From Bacteroidetes bacterium RIFCSPLOWO2_12_FULL_37_12 (GTDB lineage: Bacteria > Bacteroidota > Bacteroidia > 2-12-FULL-37-12): a stretch of DNA of 64,000 nucleotides. Made by a program: the position numbers and the translations under genes. Positions 21,701-30,698 of this stretch are shown one piece after another; the first letter of the stretch is position 1; the number at the start of each line of letters is the position of its first letter. The stretch spans positions 93,125 to 157,124 of the forward strand of contig MEPC01000042.1 of the NCBI GenBank assembly GCA_001769655.1, given 5' to 3'. The notes under the pieces were generated by a model that worked only from the letters and a program-made list of their open reading frames with translations, searched no databases and was not told the origin of the DNA.

Positions 21701-23878
21701 ATGGATGTCAAAAACAAGTTTTTAAAACAAAATCTTACTGAGTTATTCGGATATAAAGATTTCCGTGGAAACCAACAGGCAATCATTGAAGCCATCCTGG
21801 ATGGTAAAAATGTATTTGTCATTATGCCAACCGGAGCCGGGAAATCGCTATGCTATCAATTACCGGCTATCATGGGACCCGGAATAGCGATTGTTGTTTC
21901 CCCACTGATAGCGCTTATGAAAAATCAGGTTGACCAATTAAGGTCGTATGGTTTCACTGCACATTTTTTAAATTCCTCTCTTTCCCGTTCGGAAATTCAA
22001 CGGGTAAAAAAAGAATCTCTTCAGGATAAAGTGAAGTTGTTATATGTGGCGCCTGAATCATTGGCTAAAGGAGAAAATGTTGAATTTCTCAAACAATTAA
22101 AGTTGGCATTTGTCGCCGTAGATGAAGCGCATTGTATTTCAGAATGGGGACATGACTTCAGACCCGAATACCGCAAAATACGAAGTGTGGTTGACTCTAT
22201 CGGAAATTTACCGCTTATTGCATTAACTGCAACAGCTACCCCCAAGGTGCAACTCGATATTCAGAAAAATCTGGGAATGGCGGATGCAGTAGTTTTCAAA
22301 TCTTCGTTTAACCGACCTAATTTATTTTATGAAGTACGACCTAAAAGAGATGTTGATAAAAACATAATCAAATTCATTAAAGGTCATCCTAAAAAATCAG
22401 GAATTATTTATTGCCTTAGCAGAAAAAAAGTGGAAGAAGTGGCTGAACTTTTAAAAGTAAATGGCATTAAAGCGTTACCTTACCATGCCGGACTTGAACA
22501 ACCCGTGCGTATGAAAAATCAGGATGATTTCCTCAATGAAAATGTGGACATTATTGTAGCCACTATTGCGTTTGGTATGGGAATAGACAAACCCGATGTA
22601 CGGTTTGTAATTCATTACGATGTTCCTAAAAGCATAGAAGGATATTACCAGGAAACCGGAAGATCCGGAAGGGATGGGCTGGAAGGAAATTGCATCATGT
22701 TTTACAGTTACAACGATATTATCCGGCTTGAAAAATTCATGAAAGATAAGACGGTGATGGAGAGAGAAACCGGTAAATATCTTTTGGATCAGATGGCTTC
22801 TTACTCCGAATCATCCGTTTGCAGAAGAAAACAACTGTTGCATTACTTCGGGGAAATCTATGATCTTGACAACTGCGGACGTTGTGACAACTGCCTACAT
22901 CCCAAACCAAAATTTGAAGCAAAAGATGAGGTTTTATTGTTATTAAATACGGTACGGTTAACCGAGGAACGGTTCGGCGCCATACATCTTGTAAATGTAA
23001 TACGTGGTGTTGTAAACCCGCATGTCGTTAGCTATCTGCATGACCGGCTTGAAGTATTTGGCAAAGGGTCTAATGAAGATGTGCATTTCTGGAATTCCAT
23101 TCTTCATCATACCCTGATGAGTAACTTAATGTACAAGGATATTCAGGATTTTGGAGTATTTAAATTGACAGAGGAAGGAAGAGCGTACATTAAAAAACCA
23201 CGGTCCATTGAATTTACAAAAGATCATGATTATGATAAACTTGCCAGTGAAGAGCCCGATATTCCCATGGAAGATTTTTGCACCTACGATCAGATATTGC
23301 TCGATAAGTTAAAAGCACTGCGAAAAAAAATTGCCAAAGAGAAGAATGTGCCGCCTTTTGTAATCTTTCAGGACCCATCCCTGGAGGAAATGGCTACCAA
23401 ATTTCCTATTACCAAAGACCAATTGGGAAAAATGACCGGAGTAGGAATGGGTAAAGTGATGAAATACGGCGATCCATTTTTAAATCTTATCAACAGTTAT
23501 GTGGAAGAAAACGAAATTGAAGTTATGCCGGATATTGTGGTTAAATCAGCAATTAAAAAATCACAAATTAAGGTTCTCATTATTCAGCAGGTAGATAAGA
23601 AGGTAGGACTCAATGAGATTGCTGATTCAAAAAACCTTGAAATGACCGAACTTATGCATGAAATCGAACAAATTGTAAATTCCGGCACCAAACTGAATCT
23701 TGATTATTATATTGACAGCGCCATAGACGAAGATCGCCAGGAACTCGCGTACGAATATTTTATGAAAGCTGAAACCGATGATATTCAAACTGCTGTAAAC
23801 GAGTTAGAAAAAGATGGTTTTACGGAGGAAGAAATACGGTTGATGCGCATTAAATTCATGTGTGAGATGGCGCAGTGA
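21701..23878 (+). CDS. recQ: DNA helicase RecQ
   Basis: MPTGAGKSLCYQLP, VDEAHCISEWGHDFRPEY, ALTATAT, ATIAFGMGIDKPDVR, QETGRSGRDG, Zn-binding cysteines, HRDC-type region. Confidence 0.98.
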   Translation: MDVKNKFLKQNLTELFGYKDFRGNQQAIIEAILDGKNVFVIMPTGAGKSLCYQLPAIMGPGIAIVVSPLIALMKNQVDQLRSYGFTAHFLNSSLSRSEIQRVKKESLQDKVKLLYVAPESLAKGENVEFLKQLKLAFVAVDEAHCISEWGHDFRPEYRKIRSVVDSIGNLPLIALTATATPKVQLDIQKNLGMADAVVFKSSFNRPNLFYEVRPKRDVDKNIIKFIKGHPKKSGIIYCLSRKKVEEVAELLKVNGIKALPYHAGLEQPVRMKNQDDFLNENVDIIVATIAFGMGIDKPDVRFVIHYDVPKSIEGYYQETGRSGRDGLEGNCIMFYSYNDIIRLEKFMKDKTVMERETGKYLLDQMASYSESSVCRRKQLLHYFGEIYDLDNCGRCDNCLHPKPKFEAKDEVLLLLNTVRLTEERFGAIHLVNVIRGVVNPHVVSYLHDRLEVFGKGSNEDVHFWNSILHHTLMSNLMYKDIQDFGVFKLTEEGRAYIKKPRSIEFTKDHDYDKLASEEPDIPMEDFCTYDQILLDKLKALRKKIAKEKNVPPFVIFQDPSLEEMATKFPITKDQLGKMTGVGMGKVMKYGDPFLNLINSYVEENEIEVMPDIVVKSAIKKSQIKVLIIQQVDKKVGLNEIADSKNLEMTELMHEIEQIVNSGTKLNLDYYIDSAIDEDRQELAYEYFMKAETDDIQTAVNELEKDGFTEEEIRLMRIKFMCEMAQ

Positions 23879-23884
23879 AAATGT

Positions 23885-24280
23885 CTACCAAACCCATTTG
23901 TTCAAATATCTTTTCTCAATCCCCTTGTAAAAAAACCCAGCCATCGCACATCCAAATGCGTTTGCAATAAAATCAGAAAATTCCGCCGTTCTTCCCGAAA
24001 AAAATGTCCCTTGCATGAGTTCAAGCGCACCTCCATAAAAGACACTTATATAAAAGGAAGTAACCAGACAATAATTACGAAGATGTGAAAATTTCTGTTG
24101 AAGGGAAAATCCCCGTGTCATTAAGATGACGAGAATAAAAAATAAACCCGCATGAACTAATTTGTCAAAAGATAATAATTCCAACCACCAAACAGAAGGG
24201 ATGTATTTTCCTGGGAACAGGCAGAGGACGAAAATCAGAAAAGCCCAGAGGAGAGAATATTTTGTATAACGGAGGAACAT
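23885..24280 (-). CDS. VanZ family membrane protein
   Basis: DKLVHAGLF, YGGALELMQ, GRTAEFSDFIAN. Confidence 0.85.
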   Translation of the reverse strand: MFLRYTKYSLLWAFLIFVLCLFPGKYIPSVWWLELLSFDKLVHAGLFFILVILMTRGFSLQQKFSHLRNYCLVTSFYISVFYGGALELMQGTFFSGRTAEFSDFIANAFGCAMAGFFYKGIEKRYLNKWVW

Positions 24281-24293
24281 TTGGATACCCAAA

Positions 24294-27200
24294 TCACGAA
24301 CATCCCATACTTGCCCCGCAGTTCAAACATTTATAGCAAACACCGGAGCGTACGGTAATATGTCCGCACTCATGGCAAGCCGGAGCATCGCCGCTCATGT
24401 TGCTTAAATATTCCTGAGTAGAAACAGCTACCGTCTGAGTTGCCGGTTGAAGAGTAGTTTGCGCTTTTAGCTTTTTAGATGGATTGGCATTACCATTTGT
24501 ACCATTTTCGGGTGTATTTTCAAAATTCTCTTCTAAGAAATTTTCAATCTCATCGTTTGTAGCTGTAGGGCTATCGGCAATCTGCTGTGCCATTTCCTGT
24601 GGTGGCACTTGTACCAGATCCGTGCGGTTCAAGTACTCAAAGGCGAGTAACCGGAATACATAATCAACTACGGATGTAGCTGATTTAATATTGGGATGCT
24701 CCACCATTCCGCATGGTTCAAAACGGGTGAAAGTGAATCGTGACACAAATTCTTCCAGAGGAACTCCGTATTGTAATCCTAATGACACAGCAATCGCAAA
24801 ACAATTCAGTATCGAACGGAAGGAAGCCCCTTCTTTGTGCATATCAATAAAAATTTCACCTAAGGTTCCGTCTTTATATTCACCGGTACGCACAAAAAGT
24901 GTCTGCCCTGCAATTTTCGCTTTTTGTGTAAACCCTCTTCGTTTAGAAGGCAATACCTGACGGATACTTGATAATTGATGATGAAAATCTGTATTGGATG
25001 TTTCTTTAATAAATTTCTTAGCCGCTTCCAATACTAATTCAGGAGTTAAATCGTTTACGCTGACTTCATATTTTTCCGCTTTACCGTTTTCACTTTCCTT
25101 TTTATCCGATTTGTTGGATAAGGGTTGAGAAAGTTTGCAACCATCACGATACAATGCGTTGGCTTTTAATCCTAATTTCCATGAAAGTTCATAACAACTT
25201 CTTATATCATCAACGGTGGCTTCGTTGGGAAGATTTATAGTTTTAGAAATAGCACCCGAAATAAACGGTTGCACTGCCGCCATCATGCGTATGTGAGCAT
25301 GGGGTTCTATAAATCGCTTTCCAATCTTACCGCATTTATTAGCACAATCAAAAATAGGATAATGTTCTTCTTTCAAGTGAGGCGCTCCTTCTACAGTCAT
25401 GGTTCCGCAAACGTAATTATTTGCCTGCTCAATCTGATAGTCACTGAAACCAAGTTGTTTTAACAAATCAAAATCAGGATTCTGATATTGTTCGGGTTTG
25501 AAACCAAGACGCTTCAGACAATCTTCTCCTAAAGTCCAAACGTTAAAAGCAAATTGAATTTCGAAAGCGGAAGGTAAATTTTTCTCCGCTTTTTCAATGT
25601 CTTCACGGGCGAATCCTTTGGCTTTAAGCGATTCATGATTGATATGTGTGCTACCGGCAAGAGTCCCTTTTCCTACCACATATTTAATGATGTCATCAAT
25701 TTCGTATGATTTATAGCCGATAGTTTTTAATGCCTTTGGAATGGATTGATTTATTATTTTAAAATAACCGCCTCCGGCAAGTTTTTTAAATTTCACCAGC
25801 GCAAAATCCGGTTCCACTCCGGTGGTATCACAATCCATAGCCAGTCCAATGGTGCCGGTAGGAGCAATGACGGTGGTCTGTGCATTCCTGTATCCGTACT
25901 TTTCGCCCAACTGAACGGCTTTGTCCCAGGCGTTGGTAGCGGCTTTTAACAAATAATCCGGACAGTATTTAGGGTTAATCCCAACTGCCGGAATAGACAA
26001 TCCTTCGTAAGCATCCGTGGCGTTATATGCCGCAAAGCGGTGATTTCTCATCACCCTCATCATGTGGTCTTTATTCTTTACAAAACCTTTGAAAGTTCCG
26101 ATTGAGTGCGCCAATTCCGCACTGGTTGCATACGCTGTTCCGGTCATAATTGCAGAAACGGCTCCCGCAATGGCAAATGCCTTGTCACTGTCATAAGGAA
26201 TACCTGAAACCATAAGCACGGTTCCCAGGTTGGCAAACCCTAATCCTAAGGTTCTGAATTGATAGGATAATCTGGCGATTTCTTTAGAGGGGAAGTGAGC
26301 CATCAGCACTGAAATTTCAAGAACTGTTGTCCAGATTCTGCAGGCGTATTCAAAACCATTTACATCAAAGGTTAATTTTTCCTCATCAAAGAATTTCATC
26401 AGGTTCATGGAAGCCAGATTGCATGCAGTGTTGTCAAGGAACATATATTCGCTACATGGGTTCGATGCTTTGATTTTACCATCTTCCGGGCACGTATGCC
26501 ACTCCTGAATGGTTGTATCATATTGCACACCTGGGTCGGCACATGCCCAGGCGGCATTACAGATTTGATTCCAAAGTTCTTTAGCCGGAATTTTGCTCAT
26601 CACATGCCCATCGGTACGTGAAGTTGTTTCCCAGTCACCATTTTCTTCCAACAGTTTGAAAAATGAATGAGGTACGCGAACAGAATTATTTGAATTCTGA
26701 CCGGAAACCGTGATGTATGCCTCTCCTTCGTAATCGGATGGATAACCTGCATTAATAAGTGCGCCAACTTTTTTCTCTTCATTTACTTTCCAGTTAACAA
26801 AGCTGAGAATTTCTGGATGGTCTAAATCAAGGCAAACCATTTTTGCCGCTCTGCGGGTGGTTCCACCGGATTTTATAGCGCCTGCGGCTCTGTCCCCTAT
26901 TTTCAAAAAAGACATAAGCCCCGAAGAAGTACCACCGCCGGAAAGAATTTCGCCGGACCCTCTGATACTTGAAAAATTTGTCCCGACTCCGGAACCATAT
27001 TTGAAAATTCTGGCTTCACGAACCCACAAGTCCATGATACCCCCTTCGTTGACGAGGTCGTCATTGACAGATAGGATAAAACATGCATGGGGTTGTGGTC
27101 TCTCATACGCAGAAGTTGATATTTTCAATTCTTCGGTTTTAGGATCTACATAATAGTGTCCTTGTGGGGTACCCTTTATATTATAGGTGTCATACAAACC

Positions 27201-27626
27201 GGTATTAAACCATTGTGGGGAATTTGGAGCGGCACATTGACCCAAAATCATATATACCAACTCATCGTAAAATATTTTTGCATCTTTTTCGGTTGCAAAG
27301 TAATTATAGCGTTTACCCCAACTCATCCAGCAATTAGCCAGACGATGGGCTACCTGTTTGAGGGAATTTTCGGAACCGGTTTTACCATTCGGTTGAGGTA
27401 CACCGGCTTTACGGAAATATTTTTGAGCCAGAATATCGGTAGCCACTTGTGACCATCCTTTGGGTACTTCAACATTATTCATTTCAAATACGGTATCTCC
27501 CGCAGGATTGCGGATGATGGAGGAACGATACTCATATTCAAATTGGTCGAATGGGCTTTTACCTTCCTGTGTAAAATACCTGTCGAAGCTCAGTCCCTTG
27601 CTTTCGGTTTTTGTTTTCTTAGCCAT
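24294..27626 (-). CDS. nrdJ: adenosylcobalamin-dependent (class II) ribonucleotide reductase with C-terminal TSCPD-type domain and Zn ribbon
   Basis: APNSPQWFNTG, QPHACFI, KSGGTTRRAAKM, SNPCSEY, IAPTGTIG, GAISKTIN, YRDGCK, LGEIFIDMHKEG, C..CG....RSGVCYKCLNCG. No intein visible. Confidence 0.96.
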   Translation of the reverse strand: MAKKTKTESKGLSFDRYFTQEGKSPFDQFEYEYRSSIIRNPAGDTVFEMNNVEVPKGWSQVATDILAQKYFRKAGVPQPNGKTGSENSLKQVAHRLANCWMSWGKRYNYFATEKDAKIFYDELVYMILGQCAAPNSPQWFNTGLYDTYNIKGTPQGHYYVDPKTEELKISTSAYERPQPHACFILSVNDDLVNEGGIMDLWVREARIFKYGSGVGTNFSSIRGSGEILSGGGTSSGLMSFLKIGDRAAGAIKSGGTTRRAAKMVCLDLDHPEILSFVNWKVNEEKKVGALINAGYPSDYEGEAYITVSGQNSNNSVRVPHSFFKLLEENGDWETTSRTDGHVMSKIPAKELWNQICNAAWACADPGVQYDTTIQEWHTCPEDGKIKASNPCSEYMFLDNTACNLASMNLMKFFDEEKLTFDVNGFEYACRIWTTVLEISVLMAHFPSKEIARLSYQFRTLGLGFANLGTVLMVSGIPYDSDKAFAIAGAVSAIMTGTAYATSAELAHSIGTFKGFVKNKDHMMRVMRNHRFAAYNATDAYEGLSIPAVGINPKYCPDYLLKAATNAWDKAVQLGEKYGYRNAQTTVIAPTGTIGLAMDCDTTGVEPDFALVKFKKLAGGGYFKIINQSIPKALKTIGYKSYEIDDIIKYVVGKGTLAGSTHINHESLKAKGFAREDIEKAEKNLPSAFEIQFAFNVWTLGEDCLKRLGFKPEQYQNPDFDLLKQLGFSDYQIEQANNYVCGTMTVEGAPHLKEEHYPIFDCANKCGKIGKRFIEPHAHIRMMAAVQPFISGAISKTINLPNEATVDDIRSCYELSWKLGLKANALYRDGCKLSQPLSNKSDKKESENGKAEKYEVSVNDLTPELVLEAAKKFIKETSNTDFHHQLSSIRQVLPSKRRGFTQKAKIAGQTLFVRTGEYKDGTLGEIFIDMHKEGASFRSILNCFAIAVSLGLQYGVPLEEFVSRFTFTRFEPCGMVEHPNIKSATSVVDYVFRLLAFEYLNRTDLVQVPPQEMAQQIADSPTATNDEIENFLEENFENTPENGTNGNANPSKKLKAQTTLQPATQTVAVSTQEYLSNMSGDAPACHECGHITVRSGVCYKCLNCGASMGCS

Positions 27627-27793
27627 TTTAGATGTTTGTTTAGTCCGGGTTAAATTGTATTATTATAAACTAATGATATAGTTGTTTACGTTAGTTTTTT
27701 CGACATTCCAGATTTATTTTCATTTTTTAGTGAAAGAATCCCCCAAAACCCGATTAGAAGGGTCTCCAACGCACTTTTTAATGTAAGGGAATT

Positions 27794-27858
27794 CGTGGAT
27801 AAAATTATTTGGTGGTAAGGTAATAAGCAAGTGTATTTTTTCCACAAATTGTGGACAT
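27794..27858. promoter_or_regulatory. cluster of DnaA-box-like sites upstream of nrdJ
   Basis: CGTGGATAA (27794-27802), TTTTCCACA (27838-27846) and TGTGGACAT (27850-27858), compared with TTWTNCACA. Confidence 0.55.
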
Positions 27859-27906
27859 TGTTTAAAAAGTTATTAATGTTGTATAGTTTAAAGGAATTAT
27901 TCCAAC

Positions 27907-28848
27907 ATGAAAGATTTCATAAAACGACTTAAAGATAAATTCTTCCGGTTGATTTTACATTATCAAACAAAATTAATCATTTCACTTTTAATCATTGAAT
28001 TTTTTTCAAATGAGAAACCGGGATATTCCCAGGTAGATGATAGTACAAAAAAAATTCAACATCAAAAAATTTTTTTTCTAACCACTCTTGGAACCGGTTA
28101 TACAGGCGGATTATTTTTTCTTAACCATGTATGGTATGCGAATCAGAAATCCAGCCAATTTCATTTTTTTAACGATGGTCGTGAATGGTATTATATGGAT
28201 AAAACCGGTCATCTGTTCTTTACATACCAGATAAGCCGTGCCGGAAATCGTTGGTTTCGCCAAGCGGGCTTCAGTGAAAAAAATTGTCTATGGTGGGGAG
28301 GACTCCTGGGAGCAATTCTACTTACGCCTATTGAACTATTTGATGGTTATTCTTCAGGGTATGGGGCTTCCGGATGGGATGCGTTGTCTAATTTGGGAGG
28401 ATCTGCCTGGTTCATTTCTCAAGAGATGCTATTTTCAAAACAAATTCTTGAAATAAAATTCTCCTATAGAAATTCTCCTTATGCGTCCATTCGCCCGGAG
28501 GTATTAGGTAGAACGGTTGCACAAAGAATTATTAAGGACTACAATGGGCAAACCTATTGGTTTTGTTCAAACGCAGGAAACCTTTCTGGAAACAATAAGG
28601 AAAACTTGCTAAAGGTGTTTGGAATTGCTTTAGGATACGGTGCTGAAGGGTTGATTTATGGAAATAATGAATTGAACGTTTTGTCTTTTAAGGAAATATA
28701 TATAGCCCCGGATATTGACCTAACCAAGTTGCCGGTAAAAAACGTTCTTTTGAAAAAAATATTTTTTTATTTGAATTTTTATCATTTACCACTACCGGCG
28801 CTGGGATATAATACTAAGGATGGTTGGCTATGGAGTTGGATGTATTAG
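27907..28848 (+). CDS. DUF2279/YfiM-like protein
   Basis: FHFFNDGREW..MDKTGH, IELFDGYS..YGAS..D, IKDYNGQTYW, ALGYGAEG. Confidence 0.8.
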   Translation: MKDFIKRLKDKFFRLILHYQTKLIISLLIIEFFSNEKPGYSQVDDSTKKIQHQKIFFLTTLGTGYTGGLFFLNHVWYANQKSSQFHFFNDGREWYYMDKTGHLFFTYQISRAGNRWFRQAGFSEKNCLWWGGLLGAILLTPIELFDGYSSGYGASGWDALSNLGGSAWFISQEMLFSKQILEIKFSYRNSPYASIRPEVLGRTVAQRIIKDYNGQTYWFCSNAGNLSGNNKENLLKVFGIALGYGAEGLIYGNNELNVLSFKEIYIAPDIDLTKLPVKNVLLKKIFFYLNFYHLPLPALGYNTKDGWLWSWMY

Positions 28849-28889
28849 ATTAGGGACAATAGATAGTTTTTAGAGATGCCCTTAAATTA

Positions 28890-28942
28890 TTTAGTTCACC
28901 CTAAAAATTATTTTCATATATCCAAAAAATTGTATATCTTTG
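28890..28942 (+). promoter_or_regulatory. DtxR/MntR-family-like operator plus -7 promoter element
   Basis: TTTAG-TTCACC-CTAAA palindrome at 28890-28905; TATCTTTG at 28935-28942. Confidence 0.55.
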
Positions 28943-28946
28943 TCCC

Positions 28947-30176
28947 ATGGTTTATTTCCGGACAATAAACGCATGGGTGGGGCTTGCTTTACTATTAGCC
29001 CTTTCCTCATGCGAAAAATTCCTCCCTCCAGACCCTGGAGGAGAAAATGTACTTGAAGGTCCTCTGGATGGACTTACTCCATCACAAAACAACCAATTCC
29101 TTAAAGGTGATGCCTTATTTTCAAAAATCTATACTCCACAAGAAGGACTCGGTCCTATCTTCATTCAGAATTCATGCGTGGGTTGCCATACAGTCGGTGG
29201 AAAAGGGATTCCTGCAAATTTAGTTACGCGGTTTGCTTTTAAAAATGGGAATAATTACGATTATCTGTTGGAAGAAGGAGGTCCCCAGCACCAAACCAAT
29301 GCCATTTCAAATTATTCAACGGAACTTATCCCTGAGAAAGCAAATGTTTTTACGAAACGATTGCCTCCTGCCGTAACCGGTTTTGGCTACATTGCCGCCA
29401 TTCATGATTCACTAATTCTATCATGGGAGGACTCCAGTGACACTAACAGCGATGGTATTTCAGGCAGAGCATCCTACGTAATACCCCGAAATAATTTTAC
29501 TCCGCAGTTGATACATATAGAACGTGACGGAAAATATCTTGCCCGGTTTGGTAAAAAAGCAAGTAAGATACGATTGATTGACCAGGTTGCTTTTGCGCTT
29601 AAGGAAGATATTGGGATAACCAATGATTTTGAACCGTATGATCTTTACAATTATAAAACCGGAGTCCAAAGCGTGGATGCTATCGCAGATCCCGAAGTAA
29701 CCTCTGCTGTTTTACAAAATCTTGTTTTTTATCTGCGAACATTAAAAAGCCCGCCTCGCAGAAATGAAAATGACCCGGATGTTTTAGCAGGAGAGCAACT
29801 ATTTTCCGCTATAGGATGTATTTCGTGTCACCGTCCTTCATTTAAAACAGCCAAAAGTGATATAGAACAACTTAGCGAAAAAGAATTTGCTCCTTATTCC
29901 GATTTTCTATTACACGACATGGGTGCTGGCTTGGATGATGGATTCACAGAAGGTGCGGCAACAAGTTTTGAATGGAGAACGGCTCCTCTGTGGGGCATTG
30001 GATTAGCGTCTTCCTCACAAGGTGGAAAAAAATATTTTCTTCATGATGGCAGGGCTTCTTCTATTGAAGAGGCAGTCAGCTATCATGGAGGGGAAGCCGC
30101 AAGCCGTAAAAATGCATTTTTAAAGTTATCGCCGGAAGATAAAGAGAAAGTGGTGAAGTTTGTTGAATCGCTATAA
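28947..30176 (+). CDS. di-heme oxidoreductase family (DHOR) lipoprotein
   Basis: Lipobox LSSC; GLGPIF..NSCVGCH; DGISGR; RFGKKA; GCISCH; PYSDFLLHDMG; EWRTAPLWGIG; LHDGRA; HGGEA. Confidence 0.92.
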   Translation: MVYFRTINAWVGLALLLALSSCEKFLPPDPGGENVLEGPLDGLTPSQNNQFLKGDALFSKIYTPQEGLGPIFIQNSCVGCHTVGGKGIPANLVTRFAFKNGNNYDYLLEEGGPQHQTNAISNYSTELIPEKANVFTKRLPPAVTGFGYIAAIHDSLILSWEDSSDTNSDGISGRASYVIPRNNFTPQLIHIERDGKYLARFGKKASKIRLIDQVAFALKEDIGITNDFEPYDLYNYKTGVQSVDAIADPEVTSAVLQNLVFYLRTLKSPPRRNENDPDVLAGEQLFSAIGCISCHRPSFKTAKSDIEQLSEKEFAPYSDFLLHDMGAGLDDGFTEGAATSFEWRTAPLWGIGLASSSQGGKKYFLHDGRASSIEEAVSYHGGEAASRKNAFLKLSPEDKEKVVKFVESL

Positions 30177-30184
30177 AAAATAGT

Positions 30185-30613
30185 ATGTTTTCCTTAGACC
30201 GTAATAAATTCCTGAAATTCAGTGGCACGTTGATGTCACTGCCTCTGTTGGGGCCTCTTGCAACATTTTTATCCGGTTGCGCGGGTATCAACTACATTCA
30301 GGGTGTTGATTTTAAAAATAAAACCGGAATCACACTAAATGAATTTAAAATTCAGAGTTTTGTGGTGCTGGAAAACGCACATTTCAGAAAACCCGTTTTG
30401 ATTTATAAAAAAAGTGACGCAGAATTTACAAGTGTTTCTTTACGATGCACTCATAAGGGATGCGAGTTAGATCCTTCAGGGAATAAATTGGTTTGTCCCT
30501 GTCATGGTAGTGAATTTTCTTTTGAAGGAAAGGTTTTGAATCCACCTGCAAAAGATGATTTACAAAAATTTCAAACCAGTTTCGATTCGGAATATGTGTA
30601 TGTGCATTATTAA
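30185..30613 (+). CDS. Rieske [2Fe-2S] protein, probable Tat lipoprotein
   Basis: CTHKGC and CPCHGSEF motifs; N-terminal DRNKFLK and lipobox LSGC. Confidence 0.92.
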   Translation: MFSLDRNKFLKFSGTLMSLPLLGPLATFLSGCAGINYIQGVDFKNKTGITLNEFKIQSFVVLENAHFRKPVLIYKKSDAEFTSVSLRCTHKGCELDPSGNKLVCPCHGSEFSFEGKVLNPPAKDDLQKFQTSFDSEYVYVHY

Positions 30614-30686
30614 TACAATGGTAATACAATGATAAACAACCGTATTACAACTGCATTACAACCGTATTACAACTGTTTTACAACGT
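30610..30686. repeat. 11-bp array of about 7 units, a reverse-complement relative of the 7982-8080 array
   Basis: gtaatacaatg / tattacaactg / cattacaaccg units. Confidence 0.8.
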
Positions 30687-30698
30687 AATAATTTCACC

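Noticed and set aside
24294..27626. Intein or intron in the long NrdJ
   Set aside because: No splice-junction or homing-endonuclease motifs; the length is explained by the known insertion and C-terminal domains.
27627..27906. Cobalamin riboswitch, NrdR boxes or oriC upstream of nrdJ
   Set aside because: No recognisable B12-box or tandem NrdR consensus. Three DnaA-like boxes without other origin context are too few to call oriC.
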